A stretch of 52,774 nucleotides of DNA, filler included, from Bipalium vagum (taxonomy: Eukaryota), in the NCBI GenBank assembly GCA_037834085.1. It is 3 parts of 3 records of this genome, joined end to end, with 100 filler letters (N's around TTAATTAATTAA, not from the genome) between each part and the next. Parts side by side here need not be neighbours in the genome. Positions count along the whole stretch, not along the records: positions 21,002 to 36,996 come from JBBMKC010133703.1; positions 37,097 to 52,774 come from JBBMKC010152676.1; 1 more part is not named here. One strand, given 5' to 3'. Shown piece by piece: positions 27,353-40,858 of the stretch. The notes under the pieces are model-generated. The model was not told the DNA's origin and searched no databases. It was given only the letters and a program-made list of their open reading frames with translations. Each line of letters starts with the position of its first letter. Positions within the stretch are counted from its first letter, which is position 1. Position numbers and translations under genes: made by a program.

Positions 27353-29163
27353 TTAACTTTATCAATATTTAAATTGTAAGCTACGTGTATTCTCTGATGC
27401 AAATTCACACTCAAAAATAATACAACTCTAAAAAAAACTTTTATGCCTCAGCAGGTTTTTTAAAAATCTCTAAAAATAAAAAATTCAATGTCACATAGGA
27501 CTTTAAAAAATTAAAATCCTGTTGCACAGATCAACTGATTATTCGAATCATGTTGATCGCTCACAAATTAATGTTAAAAATATTATTTAAACTCAAATCT
27601 GATACATCAATGGTTTGATATAGACTGAACGCAATAAAATATATTTACCAATACAATTTCAACACGCTAAATAAAAACATACTAAATCAAAAATTCGTGA
27701 TCAGATTTCCAACATTTCGGTAGTTAAAAAAAAATTTCGTTTACGTAAACCAAAATTTCCTTTTAATTTTAAAAATACCAAAAAAATTTCTGTCCTGAAT
27801 GATAATTTAAAATTATATCGCTCTAAAAATGTAGCAAAATCTTCAATTGATTAAAATAAACAACATTTTCTAAATAGTAAAATCAGATATCTTCAACTGA
27901 AAAGGAGTAGTTTATTCCAAATCATAATGTCTCTTAATAGGGAATTGTGACTGTCAGTCTGTCAATCAATCCGGTCATGGACTGTCATTAACTCTTGGGA
28001 AATATCCCCAATATATAATTAATTTCCTAATTCGTGAGAAATTTCTTGATAAAATAATTTAATTCCTTTAATACATGTCAAATAAGAAATTTAGATTACA
28101 TTTCACATAATTGGCATTTTTTGTTTTAAATCATTAAATTCATTAATTTTTCATTAAAATTTAATATTTTAACAAATTTTTTTCTAAAATTAAGATAATT
28201 ATAATTAAGAATTTATGCTACACAAAATATTCAGATGATACCATCTATATATGAATTGCAAAAAATAATTTTTAATTATTCAATATTTTAATAATAATAA
28301 TAATCTTATCCTCCTGGATAGTCATTCGAGTCCAACGGTTTGCTCAAATATGGTCAAGCTCTTGGGGTTAAAAGAAAATTAATATTGTACAGGCATAGTA
28401 ATAAAGAAAAATAAAGTGATTGCCAATATTTCTTGTGGCGATATCTTCGAATAATTGATTCTTCCGACAATATCCCAGATTATAATTTCTTCTGTTAATA
28501 TCTCGGACAGCCAGCCGACTGATCCTGCCAACATCTTCAGGACCACTATCAATACTAAATTGATTCTATCTACGTTTTTGGAAAAAATCATTATTTCTTT
28601 ATTCTTCCTGCCCTCATTGCGAACTATGGTTTATTATTTTTAAAGAATTTATTATTAATATTATTATAATAACCATTATTACAATTATTATCATTTTCAC
28701 GATTATTTAAAAATCAGATAAACCGGCAGTATCTTTGACTAAGACAACAAATTTAATAAAGTCTTCATTTATCTTAAATTCATTTTATAACCGCTAATCT
28801 TATTTGGTCAAAAGTACTCCATGAATGTCTTCAACTACTTAATGACTATCCAAACCAACCAAAAAAAGGCAAAATTTCCACGAAATGCGACCATTATGTT
28901 CGTCCCACACCATACGTGCCTTTTCCTCCTATTTTTGCTTGTCGTAGTCCCATTGTGAGGAGTACTACCATCTTTCGTCTTCAAACTTTTTAGTCATTAC
29001 ATTTATTTTCGGGTCTTATCCAGCTCTATGAGGTCTTTATATGGTTGCCAGTGACCAATCGGAGCTCGCAGCTCCTATAATTGAGAAATGACGATCAAAT
29101 GGCATTGTTAACGTCTGATAAAAGAAAGGAGCATACTGCGTGATATGTTCAAATCTTGATATA

Positions 29164-30408
29164 TTATGGTGTCCCATAAAAATGACCGTTTTAATTCAAG
29201 AAATTCAATATAAAACTTTAATTTTACATTATAAAATTACGAACTAAAATACAACTCAGCGTTCTCACACATGGAAACAAAGTTCTGCAATTTATCGAAT
29301 TCAATATTGATATCATACCAGTGATATAGAGTCAAAAACTCTGACAGTCTTTTTTCCAGATCTTTGTTCTCAAAGCTCTGTACTCTGCAAGACATGTACC
29401 ATGTCGCGGAATAAATGGTCTTCTGATGCTGCGACAGGGCAAGTACAGAGAATGTTGGAAAACTTCAATTCCCTCAATATCTTATAAATTTTCCATTGAA
29501 TTTTTTGAGGTATGAAGTTTTGCATTGTCTGCTTGTAATAGAACTCTTTTCCGGTTGATTAAAGCAGGGTATTTTTTGGTGAGAATCTTGTGAAGTTGAT
29601 TCAATTATAGATATCTGAATTAATGCTTTGACTATCTGAAAGAATTTCAAAAAATAAAATTCTGTGATAATTCCAGAAAAACTAAAGTATAAACTTTTCA
29701 AATCAATCTGCCTTATGCCTGTCATCAGGCGGTTCGTTTGTTGATAACAATTGCTATTTTTTGATATTGATTATTCATAAAAATCCATTTTTCATCCATA
29801 GCGATAACTCTTTGGAAACCCGCTTGTCTAATGAGTTATCCAACAATTCATTACACAAATTTGAAAGAGTTTATCACCTTTCAAATCTCTTAGTTGATGT
29901 TGTCTCATTCGAGGTACTCTGTATTTTTTGTCAAGACATCGAAGGTATCGATGACTTAGATTTTTTAATGTCCTATTCGAACTGATAATTCACGAGTTGA
30001 TTGAGATGGATCTGAATCTACACAATCCAGTAGATCATCGTTTTTGACGACCGAATGTCTTCCAGAACCTTGTGCACGTTTAAGCCTGGTGTCACTGGAA
30101 TTGAATTTCGAAAACCAGCTCCTCGCTATCCTCTCATTGAGAGGTTCTGGGCATTGAACTTTTACTATTGACCTGGTGGATTCAGCAGATGATATAAGTC
30201 TTTTCCAATAATAGAAAAACTAAACGAATTTCATAATTTGTAGTCATTTTAATCGGGTGCTAAACTTTATATTAAAACTAATAAAGGTTAATATTACTAT
30301 TTTATTAGTCAAGATAGGAAAAATTTTACAATAGATCAATATTTTATTAACAAGTTATTTAGCTTTAATGTGGATATATCAAAAACTCATTTTTATAGGA
30401 CTTCTTTA
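29164..30408 (-). mobile_element. Full-length decayed mariner (~1.25 kb)
   Basis: Degenerate TIRs sharing GTCC(C/T)ATAAAAATGA; motifs ARSWFSKF, DSDPSQSTRELS, FQRVIAMDEKWIF, LLQADNAKPH across shifted frames. Confidence 0.82.
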
Positions 30409-31548
30409 TATAAATAGTTTAATAATATATAATCAAAATGTTAAGTCTCTTAATTAAAGGTGGAGCTGGTTAAGAGAATAACGGTAGAATTTTTTATGCC
30501 TTAAAAGTAATTAATTAATTATCAAATGAAAAATAACTAAAACACAAATCTTATATAATATATTGAAATCAAATAAAAAATATGAAAAGATATATGATTT
30601 ACAAGAAGCAGAATAATTGATGTAACAACAATCCTCTTAAGAAAATTCCAAAAAGATTTTTAATTAATTAAAGTTCAGAATCCTTTCGCACTGATATAAA
30701 TACCAGTATCTCAAAGGCCCTCAATGAATTTTAATTCACTACCCTAATTGATATGTGAACCACGAACAAAAAAGAATTGCTACTAAAATGAATAAAGAAA
30801 AATAAAATTAATTTCATTTTTAGGGTTGAAATCTAACATTTATTTTGAAGTTATTTATAAATTGTGCAACCCTAGATAATTGTCAATTTTAAAATATTTT
30901 AAAAATGTATACTCTTTATGTATGCACTACATTTTTAATATAAAAACTAAGGCTTACTATATGGCATAAAGGAGTAACTAAATTTCTGAAAAATTCTTTA
31001 TTCCTGAACAATAGAAAATAAAAATGAAGATTACTCTAACTGCATAAAATCTGTAAAGTGATCTTTGGTTATCGGGCTAAGCAATAAAGGACTATACATA
31101 TTCTTGCTTCTAAAGGAATCTGTTCTTATCTCTAATATTTTGGGATTAAAGAGAAAGAAGAGGGAGTAAAAGAACAAGTAATCAAACTAACAATCAATTC
31201 AAACTCAAGCACCAACACAATTGAAATTTTTATAATTATGAACATTGTTATTTTTTTTATGAACATTATGAAATAATTTTATTTTTATGAAGTAGTTTTA
31301 TTTTTGATTTGCACCATTATAAATAAAATTGGAAAATTTTATAAAATCAAATTAAGTAATTAAATATTTTTTAACTAAAATCCAATAAAAAATAAGCAAA
31401 TAAATTACTTTGAAGCTTATTTGTAATAAGTGAAAAAAATTAAAGGTTATCAGACAAAATTAAATAAATAATAAATTATCATTGCATGGTCTTTAACATT
31501 GCGGAAACTAAAATACAAACAAAAAATTTTAATATAGGAAATTACTGC

Positions 31549-31637
31549 TAGTTGAAAATTAATCGGAGATACCGGGATTTGAACCCGGGACCTTCACATG
31601 CGCATGAACTGCTTTGACCGCTGAGTTGATTTTCAAT
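31549..31637 (-). repeat. tRNA-Ala-like repeat copy 2 (SINE-like/pseudo-tRNA)
   Basis: Minus strand AACTCAGCGGTCAAAGCAGTTCATGCGCATGTGAAGGTCCCGGGTTCAAATCCCGGTATCTCC: perfect T arm (CCGGG/TTCAAAT/CCCGG), B box, CGC at the anticodon position; the 5' acceptor strand is missing. Confidence 0.8.
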
Positions 31638-31769
31638 CATGGGTTAGATATGTTTTTTTCGGGCTTCGACTTTTATTCTTTCATATCAACAGTTTTTGTA
31701 CATAAATTAAAAATTGGCACGGGTTTTTATACTGGGTTTATCTGCATTGTTTCTTAAAGTTTTTCAGTA

Positions 31770-32480
31770 AAATAAAGATCGCTAGGACACTTCCATCAAG
31801 CTGAGGCCATAAGAAATGTTTAATTATCAAATTATAAGGCAGTGCGTTTACAGTGATAGGTTTTCCAAAATCATCTTCAAACAAAAGCGGAACGATGATT
31901 TTACCAGACAATACAGTGCACCAAACTGTATGTTTTTAGAATAAAATGCTTATACATGTATAATTCGAGGATTTTCCCTTTAAATACGAGAATTTTGCTT
32001 ATGGACTGAGCCACTTAAGGTGAAATGGCCATGTCACTGAATTCGATTTTCTGTTCAATAACTGGAAAAGATTGCCTTTAGAATCACTTCCAGGCAACAA
32101 AATCTCGTTGTTGAGCTGTTAACTTTTTTAAAGGCTTTCTTGTTTATATGTAAGGTAACATTGTCAGAGTTATATTGATAAATCATTTTTGCACTTTCCA
32201 TGACAATTGCGATATTTTCAGTAGACATTGCAGCTTTCGGTATTCCGGGATATCGCTTACTATGTACAGAGCCATTTGCCTCTTTTTAAAGTACGTATGA
32301 ATCAGATGGTCTCTCAAAAACCTGGATGCTCAGAAATTATCTCGATTTTTTCTATAAATTCCTATTACGGACTGATGATTTCCGTAAAACATTTTTATTT
32401 AATGAATTCTTGCGAAAGGCTTGATTTTGAGATTTGTACATGATTCAAATTGTCAAGTTCAGAATTTTAGCCTACATAAA
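31770..32480 (-). mobile_element. Decayed rosa/DD41D-type transposase
   Basis: FSDSGHFTLSGSVHKQNSRI.RENP corresponds to FSDEAHFxLxGxVNKQNxRxWxxENP. Confidence 0.75.
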
Positions 32481-34055
32481 CAAGACTTCAGATTTAGGTA
32501 TTTAAAATGTTAAAGTCATTTATGGAAAACCCTGTATTTACGTTGTTTAAAATTAATGTGTTATTAATACCCTGACAAATAGCGCTGTTTATGGGGTAAA
32601 GGGATTTATTCAATTTATTATAATTTCTTGGAAATTTTTTCAGTTTACGGAACCTGATAGAATTATTAATATCCTGATAAACTAAATAGCATATGGATAA
32701 AAATGTATCTATCAAAATTATTATATTTATTAAAATCAAGAATCCATGTAAGTATTTATAACTTTATGGTTGGTAATTGTATATATGACAATATTGCCAC
32801 TTATCAAAGAATAAAATTTAGATCCTCTGTTGATATTCCAAATTAAAATATGATCTATCGTGATATTTCATATTTATTATCATCTTATTATAATCGTTTC
32901 TCTTTTACTTAATCAGATGATTGTTGACAAGTGGTTATTTATGATAAGTTAATTTTTTATTATTGCTTAATTCAATTATTTTAAAGTTAAAATAGTTATT
33001 ATTTTAAAATTATTATTATCTTTAATTATTAATGTCACAAGAAATTATAATTATTCTTGATTTCAGTAATTATTATTGTCATTTTTATCTTCATAAGATA
33101 TATTATTGTCTCTATGTGTTATCATTATTATATCTTTGAATTTTGAAGCTTGAAATGTGATAATCTTAAAAAATTAAAGGAAAAATATAATTATTAGTAC
33201 TTATATGGAGCAAAATATCTTTTCGTTGCAATTCATATGCCAGTACTTACAAAAGTCAAAATCTACTCACGTTTTTTTTACGTAATCAAAAAATTTAACT
33301 CATCGAATTTTCAAGAATTAAAAAAAGATTTAAATTACCTTTTCAACAACGAAGTATTTATTCTCCACGAAATTTAATTTCTAAGCAAATTAAATACAGT
33401 TTAGTCTTCTCAAAGTTTTACTCCAAAAATATTTTTGTTTTCTATATTTTAGTTTTTACAAAATTAGTTTCTGAACTCTTCACTTTAGAGACCTGGCAAA
33501 TCTGATATTGGTCTTTCAAGTCGTCCGCTCAAAAAACGGGGAGAATTAATTTTTTATTCTTCCTTTAAGACTGAAAAAATTTTTTTACTACCCCCTGATA
33601 ACACATTCTAAAACCAGAAATGAGAAAAAAGGATTCTTTATTTAATTTTTTTGATGTCAAACCCCATCTCGGCTTATTAATTATGGTCATTTATATTGTT
33701 AGCTATGGCAATTTCATTTTTGATGTCTGGAATCATCAGAAATAAACAAGATTTCAAAATGTATTTTAAAAAAACTATCTGCCGACAACCGCATTATTTA
33801 AAAAACAAAGAATTTTGAATTGATTTTTTAATTTTATTTATAATCCTCACATAAAAATATGGAAATTGTGAGAAATAAATAATAGTTGTATATTATTGCA
33901 ATAGTAAATAAAAACACAATTATTGATTGTCCTTTATGATATAATATCAATATCCAAAATTATAATATACTTACTAAAGTTATAAAATTATACTATTAAA
34001 ATAAGAAATACTAAAGTATTTTAATGAAATTAATGTACTTGAATTATTAAAATTT

Positions 34056-34354
34056 TGTAGAGCTACGACCGTGGTGATCCAATCGATGGATGATGCCGGT
34101 AGAGCTAGTGACTCCAAAACTAGCTACTGGGTTTGGGATCAAGAACTCCCCTTCAAAATTACTGGTCGCTCTGAAATCGAGTTTTCAAGGCTAAGCATTC
34201 TTCAAAATAAACCTGGATAAAGTCAGAGTGCACCTGGTAACCGCATTAGTAATTAACCATCAGTATGTTTTTGTTGCTGGAATGCGGGGTTAGTATTTGA
34301 AAAGCTGGGCATGGTAGTACTATTCAGATAATTCTCACTAATAGTGGTGCTACA
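34056..34354 (+). mobile_element. Solo-LTR-like element (299 bp)
   Basis: TGTAG...CTACA termini, GC-richer interior, AATAAA near 34206; flanks ATTT/CTTT match at 3 of 4 positions. Confidence 0.55.
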
Positions 34355-35890
34355 CTTTTTCTTTTTAGATTGTAAATTAAGTTTTATTATTTATTAACCA
34401 TCTACAAAACTTTCGATATCGAGCTACATTTTCCATACAAAATAGATTAGAGGAAAAATTGTAAAATTTCTTAAGATTACGATAATCGCGTTACTGAAAA
34501 CATCAATTGGAATTTTAAATACTAGCAGATGAAGAAAGATTAGTAGATACCATTGCAGTCGAAGATTTCATAAAATTATTTGAAGAGAAAATAAGTATGT
34601 TTTATTAAGAAAAATGGGATCAGCTTTTTTTTAACTTCGTGGTCAAAATAAAGAGATGAGAAAACCTATAAACCTAAATATCTATTATTATATGAATATT
34701 AGTTACAAAATTGTTTTTTGATTCTTTAGAATGTTTTGTCTACACCTATTTATACATATATGATTGTAGAACCGTACCATGTACATCTTTCATCATGACA
34801 ACCTTGTTTTTGCCCTATCTTCACATTGACTCTATTCTTTGCTTATGAGTATCGGAATCCCTTCTCACATAATTCATTTGATAATTCACCGTTAGATGTG
34901 AATGGTTTTCCTTCGCCAATTGAGAGTATGTTCGTTATTCATCACTAGTTATAGTTGAACCATACTGAAAAATGGCTCTTATAATGAATAATAATGTGGG
35001 TTTTCAATCTTCCACTAATTATAAAAAACGATGCTATCTTCGATACCATGTATAACACTTATAAAGTTATAACCCTTTATGATTTTTGGGTTTGTATCTT
35101 AAAATGAATTACAAGTAATTATTAAAATAAGAAGAATAGTTAAAATTACCTGAATAGAGATTCGTCTGTTTGAACGATTGTATCAACCCAACCTAATGTA
35201 ATATGATTTTGGGAAAAAACTATGACACTTCGGGCATTACACTGAACAATAACGATTTTGAAACTCCAGTGTCATTAGTGGCAGACTTTGGATCTGTCCA
35301 GGGCCCTCAAATGTATTAAATGAATAAATTTGTTCAGATAAATCTTAAATTTTTCAAAAAAAGATTTCTGACTAAATATTTTTCCTTTTTTTGCAATTTC
35401 TCTAAATATCGTCACTTTTCTTTCATTGTTAATTCCTTAAAAAGTTCACCACAAAAATCACATTTATGTTAAAAATTAATTATTAATAGTTAATATTAAA
35501 ATGCCTGATAATAATAGTAATCCATATTCTTTTAAGAAGCAAATTGCTTCGGCAGGAGAACCAATAATTAGGTGATTAATTATCTTTGAATCCATATTTC
35601 GTAAAGAAAGTTAATTAATAATAGTTTATATATCTTTATCAATTGCAATCCCTGTCGATGACATAAGTTGACGGTCATAAAAAGAAAATTTTTTCAATGT
35701 TGATGAGGTAGCACTATTAAAAGCATATTTCCAGTAAGATTTTTATCGAAAAGGCTGATGCTTACGAAGAAATTATGCAGAAAACATTCATTAAACCTCT
35801 GAATATGAGAGTCATAAAAGCAATCAAAAAACAGGAAAATTGTTGAATCTTGAATCAAACATTATTAATCAAAATGGTTGTCTAGATTTA

Positions 35891-36109
35891 TTGGGTTGCT
35901 CGAAAAGTCACTTCGCATTTTTTATTAAAAAATAAGTCCAATATTTATTAGTAATAAATATTTTAATCAATGATGTATTGTCCTTTTTGTTCCAAGACCT
36001 GTCATATATCACGCTATTTGAATATCTAAACCTTTAAAATGACTTAACTTCATTAAATTAATATTTAAAATAGGTATAAAAAAGCGAAGTAACTTTCCGA
36101 ACAACCCAA
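35891..36109. mobile_element. 219-bp mariner-derived MITE
   Basis: TIRs TTGGGTTGCTCGAAAAGTCACTTCGC vs TTGGGTTGTTCGGAAAGTTACTTCGC (23/26), TA flanks. Confidence 0.88.
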
Positions 36110-36699
36110 TATTTATCAATACGATTCATCTATTAGAACTCATGTAATATGTTTCTAAAGCATGGAAACGAATTGCTTCACCATTTAAAACTGTTAATAA
36201 AGTTTTTTGCATGTAGAAAAAGTTTCAAGAATAGTGCAGGATACAAATATTGAAGAAAAATACATTTAATAGTCGTAAATGAAGTAATTAATGAATAGGC
36301 TGAAGAAAATACGAATTAAAGCAGTGATGATTTTCAGAAAATAATGCTTTCTCTGACGATGTTTATTACTGAAAATGTTCCTGAAAAAATTGTTGGCGCA
36401 ACTCTTATCAAGCTCACCTTATTTACGCTGAGGTTGCTGTGGGCTATCTAAAGAGCTCGTTTTCCCGCTGTCACTTTCACTGTTCTCTTCATCATTGATT
36501 TCACTGTTCTTGCCATCACTGATTTCGTCATCACTTTCGTGGGAATTCAAAATATTGGTAATTTCCTTCATTTGAAGTCTAAGGTTTGTGGTATATTTTT
36601 CAATATTCCATAGTTTGGGTTTTGGATTTCAACGACTAAATAAGAATAATAAAACTGGTAAAAACAGTAGTAACGCTTCTTTAAAAAATTTCAACGATC

Positions 36700-36996
36700 T
36701 GTTAAGATCATAAGAGGGTGGTTAAAATGATGTTAAAATACGGAGCTCAAGTCTAGCTTAGGTCTCAACGGTTGAAGATTGCTTAAGGTTGTGTTCGATA
36801 AAATTACTTAAATAAACTGAGATAACGAGTCAGGTTTAATACTTTTATTAAAATCGAATCAAAATTTTATATTACAAATGAGTGACAAATAAATTACAAT
36901 CTGAGTGATACCAATCTTGACCGAATGTGATTTTATTAATTATAGTTATTATTTATAAAAATCCTCTCGCTCTTAGGCTCAGAGGTCCTCAGTGAA
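36700..36996 (-). mobile_element. LTR-like fragment truncated by gap
   Basis: Starts TGTTAAGA; shares ACTGAGATAAC plus a nearby minus-strand AATAAA with 25482-25784. Confidence 0.35.
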
Positions 36997-37096
36997 NNNN
37001 NNNNNNNNNNNNNNNNNNNNNNNNNNNNNNNNNNNNNNNNTTAATTAATTAANNNNNNNNNNNNNNNNNNNNNNNNNNNNNNNNNNNNNNNNNNNN
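36997..37096. other. Scaffolding gap with artificial spacer (44 N + TTAATTAATTAA + 44 N)
   Basis: Same 100-bp layout as 20902-21001; spacer at 37041-37052. Confidence 0.97.
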
Positions 37097-38029
37097 TAGT
37101 TTTATTCTTGACTTTGTAAGAGAGAATTTTTCACCTAAAAGAACAATTTTCGGAATTCTGTTAAGAAAAATTATCAATTTATTAAAAATTGAGAAGTGGA
37201 GAAGAATTCATTCTTAATCTTATTGAGATAAAATTTTACTTCTGAGAATATTCTACAAAAAAATTATACTTTCCAAGCTCCCCTTTCATCCTTGTTCAGC
37301 TAAAAAAGGAAATGAGATGTCGTAACGTAAAGATCGAACTTTTCTCTTAGAACTTTTGTATAAGTATTACTCATTTAGTTTTAATTAATTTTTAATTTTC
37401 AAAAAATCGTTGAAATGTCTCTTCTTTCCACAGGTTTCATATTTTACTTATAATTTTGATTTATTGTTTTAATATTAAAATATTTTATAAAACATATTAT
37501 ATCACAAAATTAGCTAATAATTAATCTTAAAAAGTGTGATTTCTATTGCCAACGGTTACCCATTTAATGTGATTTGCCTGTTAATAACCGAATCACAATG
37601 ATCGGGCACCTTTACCGTTAGGTTCAGTAATAAGTCTACGGGGAAAATATTTCACGAAATATATTCCACAGTTCCTTTTTTTACTTTTCGAAAATTTTAA
37701 GCTTAGTTAAATTTCAAAATAAGATTAAAATGGAATCATTTATATAAAATAACGTCAGCACAATATTAATAATGACAGTACGAAAGATGAAGAAAATAAA
37801 ATAATGAAAGAACTTGTCTCACCAATCAGGGACTTGCCGGTGTTTGGACCGATTACGTTACCCTTATCACACCATTCTTCGTCAAATATCAAGGGTGTTT
37901 AGTTTTCGGAAAATAATAATAAACATTATTAGTTATGAATAATAATATTAAAAATAATAATAAAAATTAGTCATGAACGTTTTGGTGTTGTAAGTTTTAT
38001 TTTTTGTGTTTTAAATACAGAAGAATGAG

Positions 38030-38340
38030 TTAGACATAAGGTCTAACGATGGTCTCTATCATTGTATGAACTTCTGTTGCATTTTTATTTATAGTTTTTA
38101 CAATTTCTCTCATTTCACTTTGAGATTTTTTTAGAGTTTTAAGATTGTTCTTAAAGAAATGTATGTTGTTCTCCTTATAATCGGCGTGCTGTTTCAAAAT
38201 GCCTACGAAGTTTAGTTGGACCCATTGAACTATTGGCGAAAATTTTGTTGCATAAAGCACACACCTGTTTTATCGGTATGGGTAATGCCCAAATAAAAAT
38301 AGCTTTTGTCTTATTTCTTTTTAAAACGTGCTTAAATGAT
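38030..38340 (-). mobile_element. hAT Buster/Charlie transposase N-terminal zinc-finger fragment
   Basis: VCALCNKIFANSSMGPTKLRRHFET (frameshift) HADYKENNIHFFK matches the CxxC...SMKPSKLxRHxETKH...FF motif of ZBED5/ZBED8/SCAND3-type transposases. Confidence 0.82.
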
Positions 38341-38499
38341 GTCCGTTTTTTGTTATTTATTTCGAATGAAGTTTTATTTACGAGTACATCTAAATAAAAA
38401 CAACGTACTGGAAATTGAATTTCTCAGTGTTGTTGATATTTTGCTTCGGAGTATGACAGAAAAATGATATTGTTTGTCAATTGCATAAATGAAATTCCA

Positions 38500-39395
38500 C
38501 GTAAGGCTACTATTTATAATGGGATCAGAGTTTTCTTTCGGCATTAAAAATGTGTTCGATAAAGAAAAATGTGAAAAACTATACGAAATTGATAAAGGGA
38601 ATTTCGAAAAAAAAATATTAGTAAATGAGAGACGAAGTACAGAGAGAGCTGTCTACTAGAGCTATTTCAAGCAAGAAGACTGCACAGAACATGCTGGAGA
38701 TCACTGGAGTCAGAAAATGATGCAGTTGATTAGTTCAACGTTTTCACAGTAGATATTAGAGAAATGAGAATGCCAGCCAGCCAATAAAATCTGGTCCTAT
38801 TCTATACTTTTGGACAAATGTTTTTGATACCTCACTGAGTATTTATGTTTCATGTAACAAGAGCTTGTCTCATGAGTTGGCTTTAATAAAGAGAAAGTAA
38901 ATATTAAAAGACTTCGTTCAAAGACAAATATCTTATGCTTGGTGTGTTTCGGGATGAGAAAGGTATCACCCAAAACTGACTGCTGTGAACTTGTTAGTGT
39001 TGTAACGACTGAAGTCAAAGAATGAAGAGTCGTATCTTTTCTTTGACAATTCTCCAGTTCAAACAGATCTCTAAACTATGAATGTAATATCTGGTAAAGA
39101 CATTGTCACACTTATCGTATAGTCCTAATTTGGCTCATTATTTAATCACTTGAAAAATCATGTTAAAGAGCAGAAAATATAGTTCAAAGAAGATCTCATA
39201 CAACTAGTGCAGAAATTGTTCACAGAAAAGGATGCATATTCCTTAGAAAATAGGTGGACAAAGTGCCTAAAAGTAAAAAGTGATTATATAGAAAATGATT
39301 CTCATAATATATTAAAAATTTATGTTAGTTGAAAAGCTTCCTATTAGTATCATTCATATTTCTGTATGAATCTGAGGACTTTTATCCATACCACG
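38500..39395 (+). mobile_element. Decayed mariner (irritans-like)
   Basis: MLGVFRDEKG, HLSYSPNLA, LENRWTKCLKVKSDYIEN*; the right end ...ATACCACG|TA fits a TACG-type terminus; left end approximate. Confidence 0.72.
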
Positions 39396-39559
39396 TACTT
39401 CTTATTTTTAGACAGGAGCTCAGACTCCTACGCTCTACATTTCAAGTTACACAAATATCAAAGATCATCCTTAAATTCGATAAAGGGAACTAAACTTTGG
39501 AGACTGATCATTGAAAAATAAGAAAAAAACGATTTTTTTCTTACAATCATTAGTCTGAA

Positions 39560-39760
39560 TATAAATTTTATTTTCAACAGGATGGCGTTAAGGTGTCACA
39601 CAAATCGAGAAACAATTACGATATTGCAATTAATGTTTCCTGGGGGTGTCAGTTCTCGAAATGGTGATTTTAATTGGCCTCCCAGATCTATGGGGATAAT
39701 TATAGAATAGAGTGTAGGCTAGCAGACCAACAACAGGAGAACAGCTAAAAAGAAAAGCCG
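39560..39760 (+). mobile_element. rosa/DD41D transposase C-terminal fragment
   Basis: FYFQQDG...FPGGVSSRNGDFNWPPRS. Confidence 0.78.
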
Positions 39761-40858
39761 ATGAGGTCATTAGTTAGATATTGTGTTTCATAGTTAATGG
39801 TGGACTTGGTACTTTGAATTGAAGTAAAAAATAATTTGTTTTCCATGTATTTCAAAATGGCGGTTCTTAGTGAAAAATGCTTTTTATTGATTATGTAGAT
39901 CTTCAGAAAATGTTAATATTAAGGTTTTAATTAAAAATTTATTATGATTTTATTTTAGGCCATGTCATACCAAAGCCTTATTAATTGTCAAAAGAGCTTT
40001 ACTATAAACTTCAGTAAAGATAAACATTAAATTTAATGATATAATTTATATCTTTTTTTTAATAATTTTAATTGGTTTTTCCTGATTTAATAAAAATATT
40101 TTATGAAAATCTATTTTGAACTAATGGTAAAATAAACATTAAATATTTACTTTAATAAAAGGAAATTGTTTTAAATATAATTATTTTCAAAATTAAACCA
40201 TTTATATTTATTTTTTTCAAAATTAAAATTTTAACTTAAATCGAACAATAACAATAAATAAATCAATAAATTCTTTTTCTTAAACCACAATTTTCTGAGT
40301 TTTCATATTTATAATTTTGATGTTTTAAATTATTATATAAATTATATTAGCTTATTAGTTATTAAATTATTATATTTTGTTTAAATTTTAAAATTTATTT
40401 TTATTTAAATATTTAAAATTTAAAATAAGTTTAAAAAAATAATCGTCATTAATTTAGTATTATTTATTAATTTAAATATATTTATATTCACTGATACATA
40501 TACCTAAGTTTTACAAGTTTCCAGAGGAAAATTATCAACCTGTTATTATTGAACGCAAATGTTTCCAGATTAATAATTATTCAACTAATGATTATTTAAT
40601 TTCTTTTAATTAATTAAATCAATTTTAATTTTCCAATGAATAATATTAATTCATTAATCATCATCGTCAATCGAAGTAAACACGATATTTTCAACAGTGA
40701 TTTTAAGCAATTTTTATTAAAAATTTTTATTTCTCAAAATATAATTTTCTTACTTTCTAAAAAAATGTAAAATATTTACAAATCTCACTTAACGGTATTA
40801 TTGAAACATACAAAGTTATTCAGTTAAAAAAATGGATCAAACAAATTTTCAAATAGAT

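Noticed and set aside
28770-29150. Possible Tc3-like transposase remnant on the minus strand
   Set aside because: Only faint motif echoes (MVW); not enough to call.
31565-31627. Functional tRNA-Ala(CGC) gene
   Set aside because: The 5' acceptor strand is missing and the anticodon arm is irregular; treated as a tRNA-derived repeat.
19704-32739. Several short hydrophobic Ile/Phe/Asn-rich ORFs (19704, 21068, 22033, 28379, 28455, 32494)
   Set aside because: Composition expected by chance in very AT-rich DNA; no motifs or splice support.
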